Origin: an uncultured delta proteobacterium
Lineage (GTDB): Bacteria > Desulfobacterota > Binatia > UBA9968
Direction: 5' to 3'
NCBI GenBank assembly: GCA_963737905.1
Contig: CAVTUQ010000028.1
Span: 96,001-160,000, forward strand
DNA length: 64,000 nt
Part shown: positions 50,442-60,077 of the stretch, piece by piece
How positions within the stretch are numbered: position 1 is the stretch's first letter
Layout of the letters: the number at the start of each line of letters is the position of its first letter
Notes under the pieces: model-generated
Database searches by the model: none
What the model was told of the DNA's origin: nothing
The model's input: the letters and a program-made list of their open reading frames with translations, nothing else
Program-made: the position numbers and the translations under genes

Positions 50442-51104
50442 ATGATTGAAGCAGTTATCTTTGACATTGACGGAACGATTGTTGATTCGGTTGATCTGCA
50501 TACAAAAGCATGGCAAGCAGCGTTTGCCAAGTTTGGCAAGGAGATTCCCCTGCAGAAGATACGGCGTCAGATCGGCAAAGGGGCCGACCAGTTGTTACCC
50601 GTCTTCTTCTCCAAACCAGCGCTCGACGAGTTCGGCGACGAACTGGACAGGTATCGGGGTGAGATTTTCAGGAAAGAATATCTGCCTCGGGTGAAAGGGT
50701 TTCCCAAAGTTCGCGAATTATTCCAGAGAATCAGGCAGGACGAAAAGCGCATTGCCCTGGCGTCGTCGGCGAAAAAAGATGAGCTTGAATTATATAAACA
50801 AATTGCTCAAGTCGGCGACCTGATTGAAAGTGAAGCTTCATCTGACGATGCGGACAAGTCCAAGCCCTATCCGGATATATTCGAGGCTGCTCTCCAACAG
50901 TTGCCGGGAATAAATCTCGAAAAAATCATGGTCGTCGGCGACACGCCCTATGACGCCGAAGCTGCTGCCAGGGCCAATCTTCAAACCATTGGCCTGCTGT
51001 GCGGCGGCTGGAAAGAGCCCGCGTTACGCCGCGCGGGCTGCATCGCCGTTTACAAAAATCCCGCCGACCTGCTCGCTCGCTACCGCCAATCCCCGCTCGC
51101 GTGA
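50442..51104 (+). CDS. HAD family hydrolase
   Basis: FDIDGT, ASS, KP.PDI and VGDTPYD. Confidence 0.92.
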   Translation: MIEAVIFDIDGTIVDSVDLHTKAWQAAFAKFGKEIPLQKIRRQIGKGADQLLPVFFSKPALDEFGDELDRYRGEIFRKEYLPRVKGFPKVRELFQRIRQDEKRIALASSAKKDELELYKQIAQVGDLIESEASSDDADKSKPYPDIFEAALQQLPGINLEKIMVVGDTPYDAEAAARANLQTIGLLCGGWKEPALRRAGCIAVYKNPADLLARYRQSPLA

Positions 51105-51178
51105 CGTATTCAGAGCAAACGCGCCAGAATCCAGTGTTTTAGAACCTGGAATCTTGAACCTTGAATTCGACGGATGTA

Positions 51179-51200
51179 GTATTACCGGTCGGAGTAATAC
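51179..51200. promoter_or_regulatory. Putative VapBC operator palindrome
   Basis: GTATTAC-N8-GTAATAC immediately before the vapB ATG. Confidence 0.6.
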
Positions 51201-51201
51201 C

Positions 51202-51438
51202 ATGAAGATCACATCGAAGGGCCAGGTTACGATCCCGCTTGAGATTCGTCAAAAGCTCGGACTTCTTCCGAACACCGAAGTAGAGTTTAAGGTCCAGGGC
51301 AACACCGCTCGGCTTGTCAAGGTCTCGGCGAAGCGTGGGCACGGCCGTGGAAACGAATTGATTACGCGTTTGCGCGGTAAGGCTGATGTCAGGATGACCA
51401 CCGACGCGATTCTCGCTTTAACCCGTAAGCGCGCATGA
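51202..51438 (+). CDS. vapB: AbrB/MazE-type antitoxin
   Basis: MKITSKGQVTIPLEIRQKLGL, coupled to the PIN gene by an ATGA overlap. Confidence 0.88.
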   Translation: MKITSKGQVTIPLEIRQKLGLLPNTEVEFKVQGNTARLVKVSAKRGHGRGNELITRLRGKADVRMTTDAILALTRKRA

Positions 51439-51839
51439 AAACCACGCTCGTGGACAGCAACGTCCTGCTCGACGTCGCGACCAACGATGCCTCATGGTTT
51501 GATTGGTCATCGCAGGCGCTGGAGTCGGCAGCCAACGAGTCTCCGCTTGCGATCAACCCAATCATTTATGCAGAGGTGTCAATTGGATTTCAGCGTATTG
51601 AAGATCTCGAGTCCGCCCTACCATCGCGCCTATTTCGCCGCGACGCATTGCCCTTCGAGGCAGCGTTTCTCGCGGGGAAAGCGTTCCTTCAATATCGAAG
51701 GCGCGGCGGCGGTCGAGCCACCCCTTTACCCGATTTTTACATCGGCGCCCACGCCGCCGTGGGGGGTTTTCGGCTTCTGACACGGGATCCCAAGCGATAT
51801 CAGACGTATTTCCCTTCCCTAGAGTTAATCGCTCCGTAA
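51435..51839 (+). CDS. vapC: PIN-domain toxin
   Basis: LVDSNVLLD, YAE, PDFYIGAHA and LLTRD. Confidence 0.92.
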   Translation: MKTTLVDSNVLLDVATNDASWFDWSSQALESAANESPLAINPIIYAEVSIGFQRIEDLESALPSRLFRRDALPFEAAFLAGKAFLQYRRRGGGRATPLPDFYIGAHAAVGGFRLLTRDPKRYQTYFPSLELIAP

Positions 51840-51889
51840 ACCGCAAGTTTGAACGTTCAACGGCCCAAAGGGCCGCAAAGGAGACAGCC

Positions 51890-52693
51890 GTGGCTTTACG
51901 CATCAATAACTCGGAATTTTACGCCATCGACGCGCATTCGCATTTGGGGCAACGCAACACTCCGTTGGGACATGGAGTTGCGAGCTTTCTCGGCGAGGAT
52001 TTGGTGCGCAATCTCGATGAAGCCGGCCTGGACTGCGCCGTAGCATTTCCTTTGGGAGCGTCCTACACCGATTACTCCGAAGCGAACCAGATCATGGCCG
52101 ATGAAATGGCTAAACATCCGAAACGGATCATCAGCTTTTGCCGGATCAATCCGAACTTCGGCCCTGAAGCCACGGCGAAATCTCTCGACCATTGTCTCGG
52201 CACCTTGAAACTGAAAGGCATCAAGCTGCATCCCGAGATCGAGTTCTTCGATCCTAACGAAGCCGGGCTGATGGAGCCGATCTATCACGCGGCTCGCCGC
52301 TATCGCGTGCCGATTATTTTTCATACGGGTATGTCGAGCAAGGCATCGCCCGGAGTAATCGCCGAACTGGCCGCCCAGTATAGCGATGTGCCCGTCATTC
52401 TCGGGCACATGGGTGTTTCGGAATATGTCAAGCTGGCGGTGGCCGTCGCTCGACAGCACGAGAATATATTTTTGGAAACCTCCGTGGTCGGCTGGATGCC
52501 GCTGCTTTTGGAAGCCTTTCGCGGCGTCGGTACGAGCAAAATTCTATTTGGCTCCGACCACCCCTATAATCCGCTTTCCATGGAGGTGGAGAAGATCTCC
52601 AAGCACGTGGCCCGGGCCGCCAAGCTCAAACCAGAAGACTTGAAAAAGGTCTTTGCCGACAATCTTCTATCCATTCTACGTCATGATCCCTGA
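51890..52693 (+). CDS. Amidohydrolase family protein
   Basis: IDAHSH, IKLHP, FHTG, GHMG and FGSD. Confidence 0.9.
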   Translation: MALRINNSEFYAIDAHSHLGQRNTPLGHGVASFLGEDLVRNLDEAGLDCAVAFPLGASYTDYSEANQIMADEMAKHPKRIISFCRINPNFGPEATAKSLDHCLGTLKLKGIKLHPEIEFFDPNEAGLMEPIYHAARRYRVPIIFHTGMSSKASPGVIAELAAQYSDVPVILGHMGVSEYVKLAVAVARQHENIFLETSVVGWMPLLLEAFRGVGTSKILFGSDHPYNPLSMEVEKISKHVARAAKLKPEDLKKVFADNLLSILRHDP

Positions 52694-52732
52694 CTCCGAC
52701 GTTCGGCCATTCATAGTCGTCTCAATGGACCC

Positions 52733-52761
52733 TTGACCAATCGTATCTTATAAACTACAAT
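52733..52761 (+). promoter_or_regulatory. Sigma70 promoter of the TA operon (near-leaderless)
   Basis: TTGACC-N17-TACAAT, 8 nt before the GTG start, with an overlapping imperfect palindrome. Confidence 0.65.
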
Positions 52762-52769
52762 TAGCGTCA

Positions 52770-53060
52770 GTGATCGAGGTCCGTCAGACCGAGGCTTTCG
52801 CCGGCTGGTTCGACAGCTTGCGTGATCGGAAAGCGCGCGGGCGAATCGATGTTCGGATACGCCGATTGTCGCTTGGAAATCCTGGGGACGTAAAACCCGT
52901 CGGCGGAGGCGTTTCAGAACTGCGGATCGACTATGGTCCCGGCTATCGCGTCTATTTTGTACAACGTGGGCCGACTCTGATCATCCTGCTCGCCGGGGGT
53001 GAAAAGCGAACACAGGAACGGGACATCAAGAAAGCCCGGGGATTGGCGCAAGTATTATAG
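52770..53060 (+). CDS. RelE/ParE-family addiction module toxin (HigB-like)
   Basis: GNPGDVKPVGGGVSELRIDYGPGYRVYF..LLAGG.K.TQ.RDI. Confidence 0.92.
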   Translation: MIEVRQTEAFAGWFDSLRDRKARGRIDVRIRRLSLGNPGDVKPVGGGVSELRIDYGPGYRVYFVQRGPTLIILLAGGEKRTQERDIKKARGLAQVL

Positions 53061-53068
53061 AGGTTTTT

Positions 53069-53371
53069 ATGACAAAAAAGATCGCAAAAATAAAAACTCG
53101 ACCGTGGGATGTGGCTGAACATCTAAAAACCGAAGAGGATATGGCGGCATACCTGGAAGCTGCCCTTGAAGACGGTGACCCGGCGCTTATCGCAGCGGCG
53201 TTGGGCGATATCGCGCGTGCAAAGGGCATGGGCCAGATTGCCCGCGAAACAGGACTAGGTCGCGAGAGCCTTTACAAAGCGCTGTCACCAGAGGGCAACC
53301 CGGAATTTTCCACGGTGCTCAAGGTTGTGCGGGCACTCGGCCTTCGCTTACACGCAGCAGCCGACGTTTAA
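53069..53371 (+). CDS. Addiction module antidote (HTH)
   Basis: WDVAEHL.TEEDMAAYL, ALGDIARAKGM and RESLYKALS..GNPEF. Confidence 0.92.
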   Translation: MTKKIAKIKTRPWDVAEHLKTEEDMAAYLEAALEDGDPALIAAALGDIARAKGMGQIARETGLGRESLYKALSPEGNPEFSTVLKVVRALGLRLHAAADV

Positions 53372-53474
53372 CACGAAAGTCCCTGGAACCTTTGGAACGG
53401 CTGTAACAGCTCGAGTTATATAGAACGGCCGGAACAAATTGGAACTGTTTCGTGTTACGTGTTACGGAGATTCA

Positions 53475-54485
53475 ATGATCCCATCTAAGAAATCGTCATC
53501 CTGGTTGGTAGTCAATGGCCTAGTTTCGCTAACGCTATTTTTCGCGTTTGCCGGGTCCTCAAATCGAACCCAGGCAGCCGACGCTCCTCTGGTTCGGGCG
53601 AACTACGCGGCGTTTAGCGGCGCCTTCGCGCCGCTCTGGATCGCGGCTGACAAACATCTCTTCGCGAAATATGGTTTGAACGTTGACATCCGCTACATCG
53701 CCCCGGCCACAGCCACTCAGGCGCTGATTGGCAAGAATCTCGAGATCATCAATCCCGGCGGCGAAATCGTCGAGGCAGGCCTGAACGGTGAGCCGGTGGT
53801 CTACATTGCCGGCATCTTGAATCGCGCCGTGATGTCGATCTATGCAAAGCCGGAAATCACTTCGCTGGCCGACCTCAAAGGCAAGGTCCTGGCTGTCACG
53901 GTCCCCGGCGCAACCACCGACTTCGCCGCGCGCGTGTTGCTCCAGCAAGTGCGGTTGACGCCGGGTAAAGACGTCAAGCTTATTTATCTAAAAGGCATGG
54001 TGGAAATCCTCACCGGCATCAACCAAGGCAACGCAGATGCGGGTATCTTCACCTCGCCGACGACTTTAAAGGCGCAGCACGCGGGCTTAAAAGAATTGGT
54101 CAACGTCACCGAGCAGAATATCCCGATGATTCACGCCGCCCTGGCGAGCACCAGGGAATATATCAGGACACGACCCGATAACGTGCGTCGGTTCCTGCAA
54201 GCCTATCTGGAAGGAATCAAAATCGCTTCTACGGAGCCCGAACTCGCCAAGCAAGTCATCGGTAAGTACACTAAAACCACCGATGCGGCCGACCTCGAAA
54301 ATTCCTATCAGACGTTTTTGCCGGCGTGGGAACGATTGCCCCTCGTCCCTCCGGCGGCCGTGCAGACCATGCTCAATTTCGCGACGCATCCCGGAGCCAA
54401 GACCGCGAAGCCGGAAGCTTTCATCGACAATTCCATACTCGCCGAGATCGGCAAGTCCGGCTTTGTCGATCGGCTTTACAAGTAG
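53475..54485 (+). CDS. NitT/TauT-type ABC substrate-binding protein
   Basis: PLWIA...LFAKYGLNVD, DLKGKVLAV and SGFVD. Confidence 0.87.
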   Translation: MIPSKKSSSWLVVNGLVSLTLFFAFAGSSNRTQAADAPLVRANYAAFSGAFAPLWIAADKHLFAKYGLNVDIRYIAPATATQALIGKNLEIINPGGEIVEAGLNGEPVVYIAGILNRAVMSIYAKPEITSLADLKGKVLAVTVPGATTDFAARVLLQQVRLTPGKDVKLIYLKGMVEILTGINQGNADAGIFTSPTTLKAQHAGLKELVNVTEQNIPMIHAALASTREYIRTRPDNVRRFLQAYLEGIKIASTEPELAKQVIGKYTKTTDAADLENSYQTFLPAWERLPLVPPAAVQTMLNFATHPGAKTAKPEAFIDNSILAEIGKSGFVDRLYK

Positions 54486-54500
54486 ACGAGAAGCTATCTT

Positions 54501-54579
54501 CTCCGCCCCCATGACGTGGAGGCGGACACCGGTGGGGGCTTGAACGAGTTGAACGTTTTGAACGTCTGGAACTCTTCAT
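54501..54579 (+). repeat. 79-bp direct repeat, copy 1
   Basis: 73/79 identical to 55407-55485. Hairpin plus 9-mer TTGAAC array. Confidence 0.9.
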
Positions 54580-54682
54580 ATGAGTTCGAACCTGGAACCT
54601 TGAACGGCAAATCCTAGGTCTTGAACGATTGAAACGACTGGAACTGCTGGAACGTTGGAACAAGTCCCCTCATAGTCGGATT

Positions 54683-54997
54683 CTAGGCGGAGCGCACTTT
54701 GAGTTGAACGCCTTCTTTCTTCTGAAGGTAGGCGACGATCTCAAAAAAGTTCCTGGCTTGGGGATTTCCGCTGGGGCCGAGCATACGCATGAGGCTTTTC
54801 GGAGATTTTTTAGTGACCGCCGCTAGCTCGTCAAACCCGACGGTAGCATTGATGTAATCGCGAAGAACGGTCTTGCCGGTTTCCACATCTCCTGAGAGAA
54901 GCGAGTCGATGGCTTCCTTCAGAAGAGCTTCACGAAAAGCCGAATCGCGGCGGGCCCGTGCCTGAATCGTTTCCTTGAAATCTTTAGTTAACGGCAT
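54683..54997 (-). CDS. Addiction module antidote / HTH regulator
   Basis: MPLTKDFKETI, LRDYINATVGF and KSLMRMLGP.GNP. Confidence 0.88.
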   Translation of the reverse strand: MPLTKDFKETIQARARRDSAFREALLKEAIDSLLSGDVETGKTVLRDYINATVGFDELAAVTKKSPKSLMRMLGPSGNPQARNFFEIVAYLQKKEGVQLKVRSA

Positions 54998-54998
54998 C

Positions 54999-55328
54999 TT
55001 ACTTTTCCTCCTTCTTGCGTCGTCTATAGTCGGCCCACAAAATCTGGACACGCCGTATGTCTTCCTGTTGGCGTTTCTTCGTTCCGCCCCCGAGAAGAAT
55101 CACAATTCGGTCGCCGTCTCTACCAAAATAAACTCTGTAGCCGGGTCCGAAGTCAATGCGGCACTCTTGAACGCCAGCTCCTACGCTTTTGGTGTTCGAG
55201 AAATTTCCCTGAGCCATTCGCGTGACCGTGATCGTCACCTTAGCGGCAGCCTGTGCGTTGAGACTATTGAACCATTTTGCATAGGGGCTCCGGCCGTCAG
55301 CAGCAACATATTCGAGGACCTCAATCAC
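54999..55328 (-). CDS. RelE/ParE-family toxin (HigB-like)
   Basis: DGRSPY..W, GNFSNTKSVGAGV.E.RIDFGPGYRVYFG..LLGGGTKK.Q..DI. A GTAAC-N6-GTTAC palindrome lies upstream (55337-55352). Confidence 0.9.
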   Translation of the reverse strand: MIEVLEYVAADGRSPYAKWFNSLNAQAAAKVTITVTRMAQGNFSNTKSVGAGVQECRIDFGPGYRVYFGRDGDRIVILLGGGTKKRQQEDIRRVQILWADYRRRKKEEK

Positions 55329-55406
55329 GACATATGGTAACATCTACGTTACTATTACTCAACATGAGTAACTTAGAGCGGTTAATCTTCTTGCTCCCAA
55401 ATGTTC

Positions 55407-55485
55407 CTCCGCCCCCGTGACGCGGGGGCGGACACAGGTGGGGGCTTGAACGATTTGAACGTTTTGAACGGCTGGAACTCTTCAT
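55407..55485 (+). repeat. 79-bp direct repeat, copy 2
   Basis: 73/79 identical to 54501-54579. Confidence 0.9.
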
Positions 55486-55536
55486 CGGAAGGGTGCCCAT
55501 CTCGTCACACGGGCTGAAAAGAGTTAATGTCTAGAT

Positions 55537-55938
55537 ATGATGGGTCGGCTCTTCTTACTTTTTACTCTCGTTCCTCTGCTCGAGCTGTATATCTTAATCA
55601 AGATCGGCGGCTACCTCGGTGCGTTTCCAACCGTTGCTTTAGTCGTTCTTACGGCTCTCTTGGGCGTCGTACTTGCCCGTTTCGAAGGCCTCAGGACATT
55701 GCAACAAATCAGGCAAAGTCTTTCCCAAGGTATCGTCCCCGCGGAAGAGATGGTTGACGGGGTATTGATCTTCGTCGGTGGAATTCTTCTGATCATACCG
55801 GGAGTGCTCACCGACCTTTTTGCTTTGGTACTGTTGATTCCCTACAGCCGAACCATTTTCAAGCGCTGGCTCCGGCGCCGGTTCGACCGCATGATCGCGT
55901 CGGGAAATGTCCGCCTCCACTACTACGGCCGAAACTAA
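55537..55938 (+). CDS. fxsA: FxsA family membrane protein
   Basis: VPLLELYILIKIG, GGILLIIPGVLTD and LLIP. Confidence 0.9.
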   Translation: MMGRLFLLFTLVPLLELYILIKIGGYLGAFPTVALVVLTALLGVVLARFEGLRTLQQIRQSLSQGIVPAEEMVDGVLIFVGGILLIIPGVLTDLFALVLLIPYSRTIFKRWLRRRFDRMIASGNVRLHYYGRN

Positions 55939-56010
55939 AACGATTTTTAGTCCGGGGACCTACACTGGTTCGATGTGCCTTGTGCATAGTCGCGGAAGGC
56001 TATTCGCACA

Positions 56011-57696
56011 TCAAGGTGAGTCGGCCGGACTCGCTTTTTCGCTGCTGCTACACGGCCGTCCGTCCGGCAACCGGCACGATTGCTCGCAGGGAACCAACCC
56101 ATTGACCTCGCAGGCTTCGACCTCTTTTGCTTTGACACAACCATCGGCTTCAAAGGGTCGACCCCCCGCGATGTGAATGAGAAAAAATGAGTGCAGGAAT
56201 CTCACAAAAGGCTCGCTATAGATCGTATTATGATCCGCAATGATCTCAGGGTCCGCTCTCACGACCAGATAGGGATAATTTGCGCTGTATTTGAGATCGC
56301 CCGCCAATCGAACTCCCTGTCCATAGACGTCATAGATACGCTGGCCTTGTTCTTTTCCCGCGGTAAGCGGATTGTCTGCCGGCCGAGCACCTCCCGGCAG
56401 CATAAAAGGTTCGATACGCGCTTTGAACGTCCGCCAGTTGAACCCCATCGTCGGTGTCAGATAGGGGCAACCGCAGTCCCCTTCTTCCTTTGCGTCGCCG
56501 CGCTCTGCGCTGTCTGCCGGAGGTCCTAACCATTTAAGTTCGTGCGTCCGGTATCGAGCATCATGACCAATCGCCTGCACAATGCTATCGGCCTGGTCCT
56601 GGGATGTTGCGTGTTCAAGCATCGTGCTAGCTTTTCGGCCCAAAGGAAACGCGAGACCGGTGGCGAGATCGCTGCCGGAGGTTACCGTCATCATGACGGG
56701 GGTCTGATTTGCCCGGTAGCAACGATTCGTGGCAATGTGAAACAGCGGTTCGTATTGCGAGCCCTCGAAGGCTGGATTTACCAGCACGACAAAATCCCCG
56801 AAACTGACCGCGGTGTCGTAACAGGTCAGTCCTCCGCTGCTTTGTTCGCGCCGCTCGAGATCGTTACAATTGTCGTTGCCGACACGAACCGTTCTCCCGG
56901 CACGCTCCATCAAAGCGTGGGAAAGCGCGGAATAGACGACCAGCCCGCCAAAACTGTGCCCTACAACCACCAACTGTGTCTTGTCTCCGTCTCGGTCAGG
57001 ATTGCGAATGCGCCGGTAGTCGTTGAGCCTGGCTAGAAGCTCAGTCACTCCCCCACGCCCCACTCGCTCGGCTGCATTCTTGCGTGTCCAGAACGTCAGA
57101 TTCGTCAACGGCCCGGCATCGAGTGATAAGCCACGCCACCCGACATACACGCCGACGACGCTGCGACGGGCGCCTTCATTGAGATGACGCTCCAAAATAT
57201 CCATTCGTTCGAGCAAGCGCGAGAAGCAGATCACGTTGTTGTCACATTGACTGGCGTTGTGTTTCCAACCGTGGGCGTAAAGAAGTATCAGGACTTGCCC
57301 GTCGCCGCTGCGGCGTTTTTGCTCACTTTCGAGTCTGCGCAACAATGAGAACAACGCTTCCATTTGCTTGCGATCAGCGAACCATCCCTGATCATCGAAC
57401 TCGACAAATGCGAGGTGATAGTCAGCGTTTCGACGCTCGCCAGTCTTATCATTCTCGTCCTTGTAATCGTTGTATTGATAGTGACGGTTTTGGACGGCAT
57501 ATTCACTGGCAGCGACTGCTTCCTTGTCCTCGCATGCTGGCAGATTGGAATGCGGATCGCCGGAATAGCACCTGGCTTCTTTTAGCAGTCCGTTATCCGC
57601 CAGCGTCTGCGTTCGATAGGGCGCGAACTGTGTGCACCCGGACCCTGTGACAGCAAACAAAAATACTAGCGCCGCATCGATCAGTCTCTGCCGCAT
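56011..57696 (-). CDS. Cys-rich lipoprotein with alpha/beta-hydrolase fold
   Basis: Lipobox GSGC, FVEFDDQG, YAHGWKHNA, nucleophile elbow GHSFG, LVNPA.E. Confidence 0.8.
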   Translation of the reverse strand: MRQRLIDAALVFLFAVTGSGCTQFAPYRTQTLADNGLLKEARCYSGDPHSNLPACEDKEAVAASEYAVQNRHYQYNDYKDENDKTGERRNADYHLAFVEFDDQGWFADRKQMEALFSLLRRLESEQKRRSGDGQVLILLYAHGWKHNASQCDNNVICFSRLLERMDILERHLNEGARRSVVGVYVGWRGLSLDAGPLTNLTFWTRKNAAERVGRGGVTELLARLNDYRRIRNPDRDGDKTQLVVVGHSFGGLVVYSALSHALMERAGRTVRVGNDNCNDLERREQSSGGLTCYDTAVSFGDFVVLVNPAFEGSQYEPLFHIATNRCYRANQTPVMMTVTSGSDLATGLAFPLGRKASTMLEHATSQDQADSIVQAIGHDARYRTHELKWLGPPADSAERGDAKEEGDCGCPYLTPTMGFNWRTFKARIEPFMLPGGARPADNPLTAGKEQGQRIYDVYGQGVRLAGDLKYSANYPYLVVRADPEIIADHNTIYSEPFVRFLHSFFLIHIAGGRPFEADGCVKAKEVEACEVNGLVPCEQSCRLPDGRPCSSSEKASPADSP

Positions 57697-57810
57697 TCCG
57701 ACCTCCTAAAATGGCCTGCATGCATGTCGGCAACTGGAGCACCGGCTTTAGGATCCATCACTCCAGTACTCCATCACTCCACTATTCCAGCTTCGGCTGC
57801 ACCTGCGATC

Positions 57811-58590
57811 TCATTTGTTGTCGAAATCGTAAACCATCTGTGACTTGATCGCGGCGTTGATATTTTCGGCCATCGGATTGCGAATCTCTTCGCCGATGTG
57901 AGCCACCGCTCCCAAGGTTCGCCCGATGAGCGCGAATGCTTTGGTGATCTGCCACGGGAGCCCCAAGTCGAGCGCGATAGCGCCGATGGCGCCGGTGACG
58001 TTGGCGGGCAGAGGACGGCCAACCTGCGCCTCGGCTGCCTTGCAGATCCTTTGGAGCAAATCGCAATAACGTCCATACACACCGGTCTCCCGCGCGATCT
58101 CGAACAGACGCACCGCCCGCGGGTCGCCTTCCGGATGCGTCCTGTGGCCGATACCCGCTATCCTTTTTTTCTTTTTGGCGTGCTGTTCCACCACCGACGC
58201 CGCGGCTGCTTCGAGATCGCTTGGCGAACTGCTCGCTGGTAGGGCTTTCACGAGCATTTTTGCCGACCACTCTGAAGACCCAAGATGTACGCTTCCGGCC
58301 CCAAGAATCGAAGACGCGACGGCCGCCTGCAAAGCTTCCGGCGCCGTGGAGTAACAAAGCCGCGCCGAAACCACGCTGCTAACCATGCCGTGTTCGACCA
58401 GGATCGTCAGTAGCGCATCCGTCATCCGCCTTTCACCGTCGTTGGGGAACCGCCCCACCAACATTAAGTAGGTCATGTCGGCAAAGGTAATTTTCCCGAC
58501 CAGGTCCTTCGTCAGATCATAGCCCCGAATCAACACCCGATGGGTCTCCGGCTTCCCCAATCCTGTAACAACCTTCTTTTCATTGGCCAT
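57811..58590 (-). CDS. Citryl-CoA lyase / citrate synthase-like protein
   Basis: IRGYDL..L.G, EHG, GIGHR.H..GDPRA and NVTGAI. Confidence 0.85.
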   Translation of the reverse strand: MANEKKVVTGLGKPETHRVLIRGYDLTKDLVGKITFADMTYLMLVGRFPNDGERRMTDALLTILVEHGMVSSVVSARLCYSTAPEALQAAVASSILGAGSVHLGSSEWSAKMLVKALPASSSPSDLEAAAASVVEQHAKKKKRIAGIGHRTHPEGDPRAVRLFEIARETGVYGRYCDLLQRICKAAEAQVGRPLPANVTGAIGAIALDLGLPWQITKAFALIGRTLGAVAHIGEEIRNPMAENINAAIKSQMVYDFDNK

Positions 58591-58772
58591 AGTTTCCTCC
58601 TGAAATTTGATCTGTGTGTCAGAGCTATCATGAACAGAAGGGAGTTTGTCAAGCGAAGTTCAAGGTTCCAGGTTCAACGTTAATGGGCGACGTCACTTTC
58701 GCTCGCTCGACGGTGTGATAGACTTTAGGTCATGCTGCTGCACCCCGCTTCCACGATCATCGTCTCTTGAAA

Positions 58773-60077
58773 ATGGCACAACACAAGAATTCGGTGTTGT
58801 GGCGCTCGCTGCGTCATCGCAATTACAAACTGTATCTTGCCGGTCAGTTGGTATCCGTGTGCGGCACCTGGATGCAGCAAGTGGCCCAGAGCTGGCTCGT
58901 CTATCGGCTCACCGGGTCTGCAACTCTCCTCGGCCTGGTCGGCTTTGCCTCCCAAATTCCCATTTTCGGTCTGGGCCCCATCGGTGGCGTTTTAACCGAT
59001 CGCTATTCGCCCCACCGCATCGTGTTGTACACCCAGACGGCGGCCCTCATTCAGGCTTCCCTGCTTGCGGTGTTGACCGTAACGGGCTGGGTGCAGCCGA
59101 TCCACATCATTTTGCTTGGAGTCGTGCTCGGAGTGATCAGCGCTTTAGACATGCCGGCTCGGCAGTCGTTGGTGACTCAGTTGGTCGATATCGAAGAGTT
59201 GCCCAACGCGATTGGCCTCAACTCTTCTATGATTAATGCGGCGCGAATCGTAGGTCCCAGTCTCGCGGGAGTGCTGGTGGCCCAATTCGGCGAGGGTGTT
59301 TGCTTTATGATCAACGCCCTTAGCTATCTGGTAGTGATCGCAGCGCTGCTCGCTATGACCATTTCCAAGCGAATGCTTAGTTCATCATCACAACTGTCGT
59401 TTACCCGCTCTTTAGCCGACGGCATCCATTACGCGCTCAGAATCACACCGATCCGAGACCTCCTACTGCTCATGGGCCTCGTTGGTTTCATGGGCATGCC
59501 TTACATAACGCTGATGCCGGTGTTCGCGGCTAAAATACACAATGGCGGTGCGGATGCGTTGGGATTGATGATGGGCGCTGTGGGCATTGGGGCGCTCCTG
59601 GGCGGTTTATTCCTTGCCCGGCGCTCGAAAATTCTCGGGCTCGGCCGGATCATTGTTGCAGCAGCATTGACATTCGGAACCGGTTTAATCTGCTTCAGCT
59701 TTTCCTCTCTTTTTGCTCTCTCCCTCCTCGTTCTCGGCGTGGTCGGTTGCGCCTGGATGGTGCTGATTGCCGGATGTAACACCGCTTTGCAATCGCTCTC
59801 GGAGGATCCGATGCGCGGCCGGGTCATGAGTCTATTTTCGATGATGCTGATTGGAATGGCGCCGTTCGGGAATCTGATTGCCGGATGGTTAGCCGATCAC
59901 ATCGGTGCTCCTCGAGTGATTGCGATCGGCGGCTTTTTTTGCGCCGCGGCCGGCATTGTCTTTGCCTGGCAGTTACCCAAGCTACGCGAGGTTGCAATTC
60001 CTATCCTGATCGCCCGCGGAGTCATCTCCGACCCCACAGCGGACCCGGGGGCGGCAATCGGAATTCGGCGACGCTAG
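58773..60077 (+). CDS. MFS transporter (MFS_3-like)
   Basis: LRHRNY, GTWMQQVAQSWLVY, PARQ and RGRVMS. Confidence 0.92.
   Translation: MAQHKNSVLWRSLRHRNYKLYLAGQLVSVCGTWMQQVAQSWLVYRLTGSATLLGLVGFASQIPIFGLGPIGGVLTDRYSPHRIVLYTQTAALIQASLLAVLTVTGWVQPIHIILLGVVLGVISALDMPARQSLVTQLVDIEELPNAIGLNSSMINAARIVGPSLAGVLVAQFGEGVCFMINALSYLVVIAALLAMTISKRMLSSSSQLSFTRSLADGIHYALRITPIRDLLLLMGLVGFMGMPYITLMPVFAAKIHNGGADALGLMMGAVGIGALLGGLFLARRSKILGLGRIIVAAALTFGTGLICFSFSSLFALSLLVLGVVGCAWMVLIAGCNTALQSLSEDPMRGRVMSLFSMMLIGMAPFGNLIAGWLADHIGAPRVIAIGGFFCAAAGIVFAWQLPKLREVAIPILIARGVISDPTADPGAAIGIRRR

Noticed and set aside
53383-55485. TTGAAC arrays as a possible CRISPR array
   Set aside because: Units are contiguous 7-9-mers without unique 30-40-nt spacers, and there are no cas genes.
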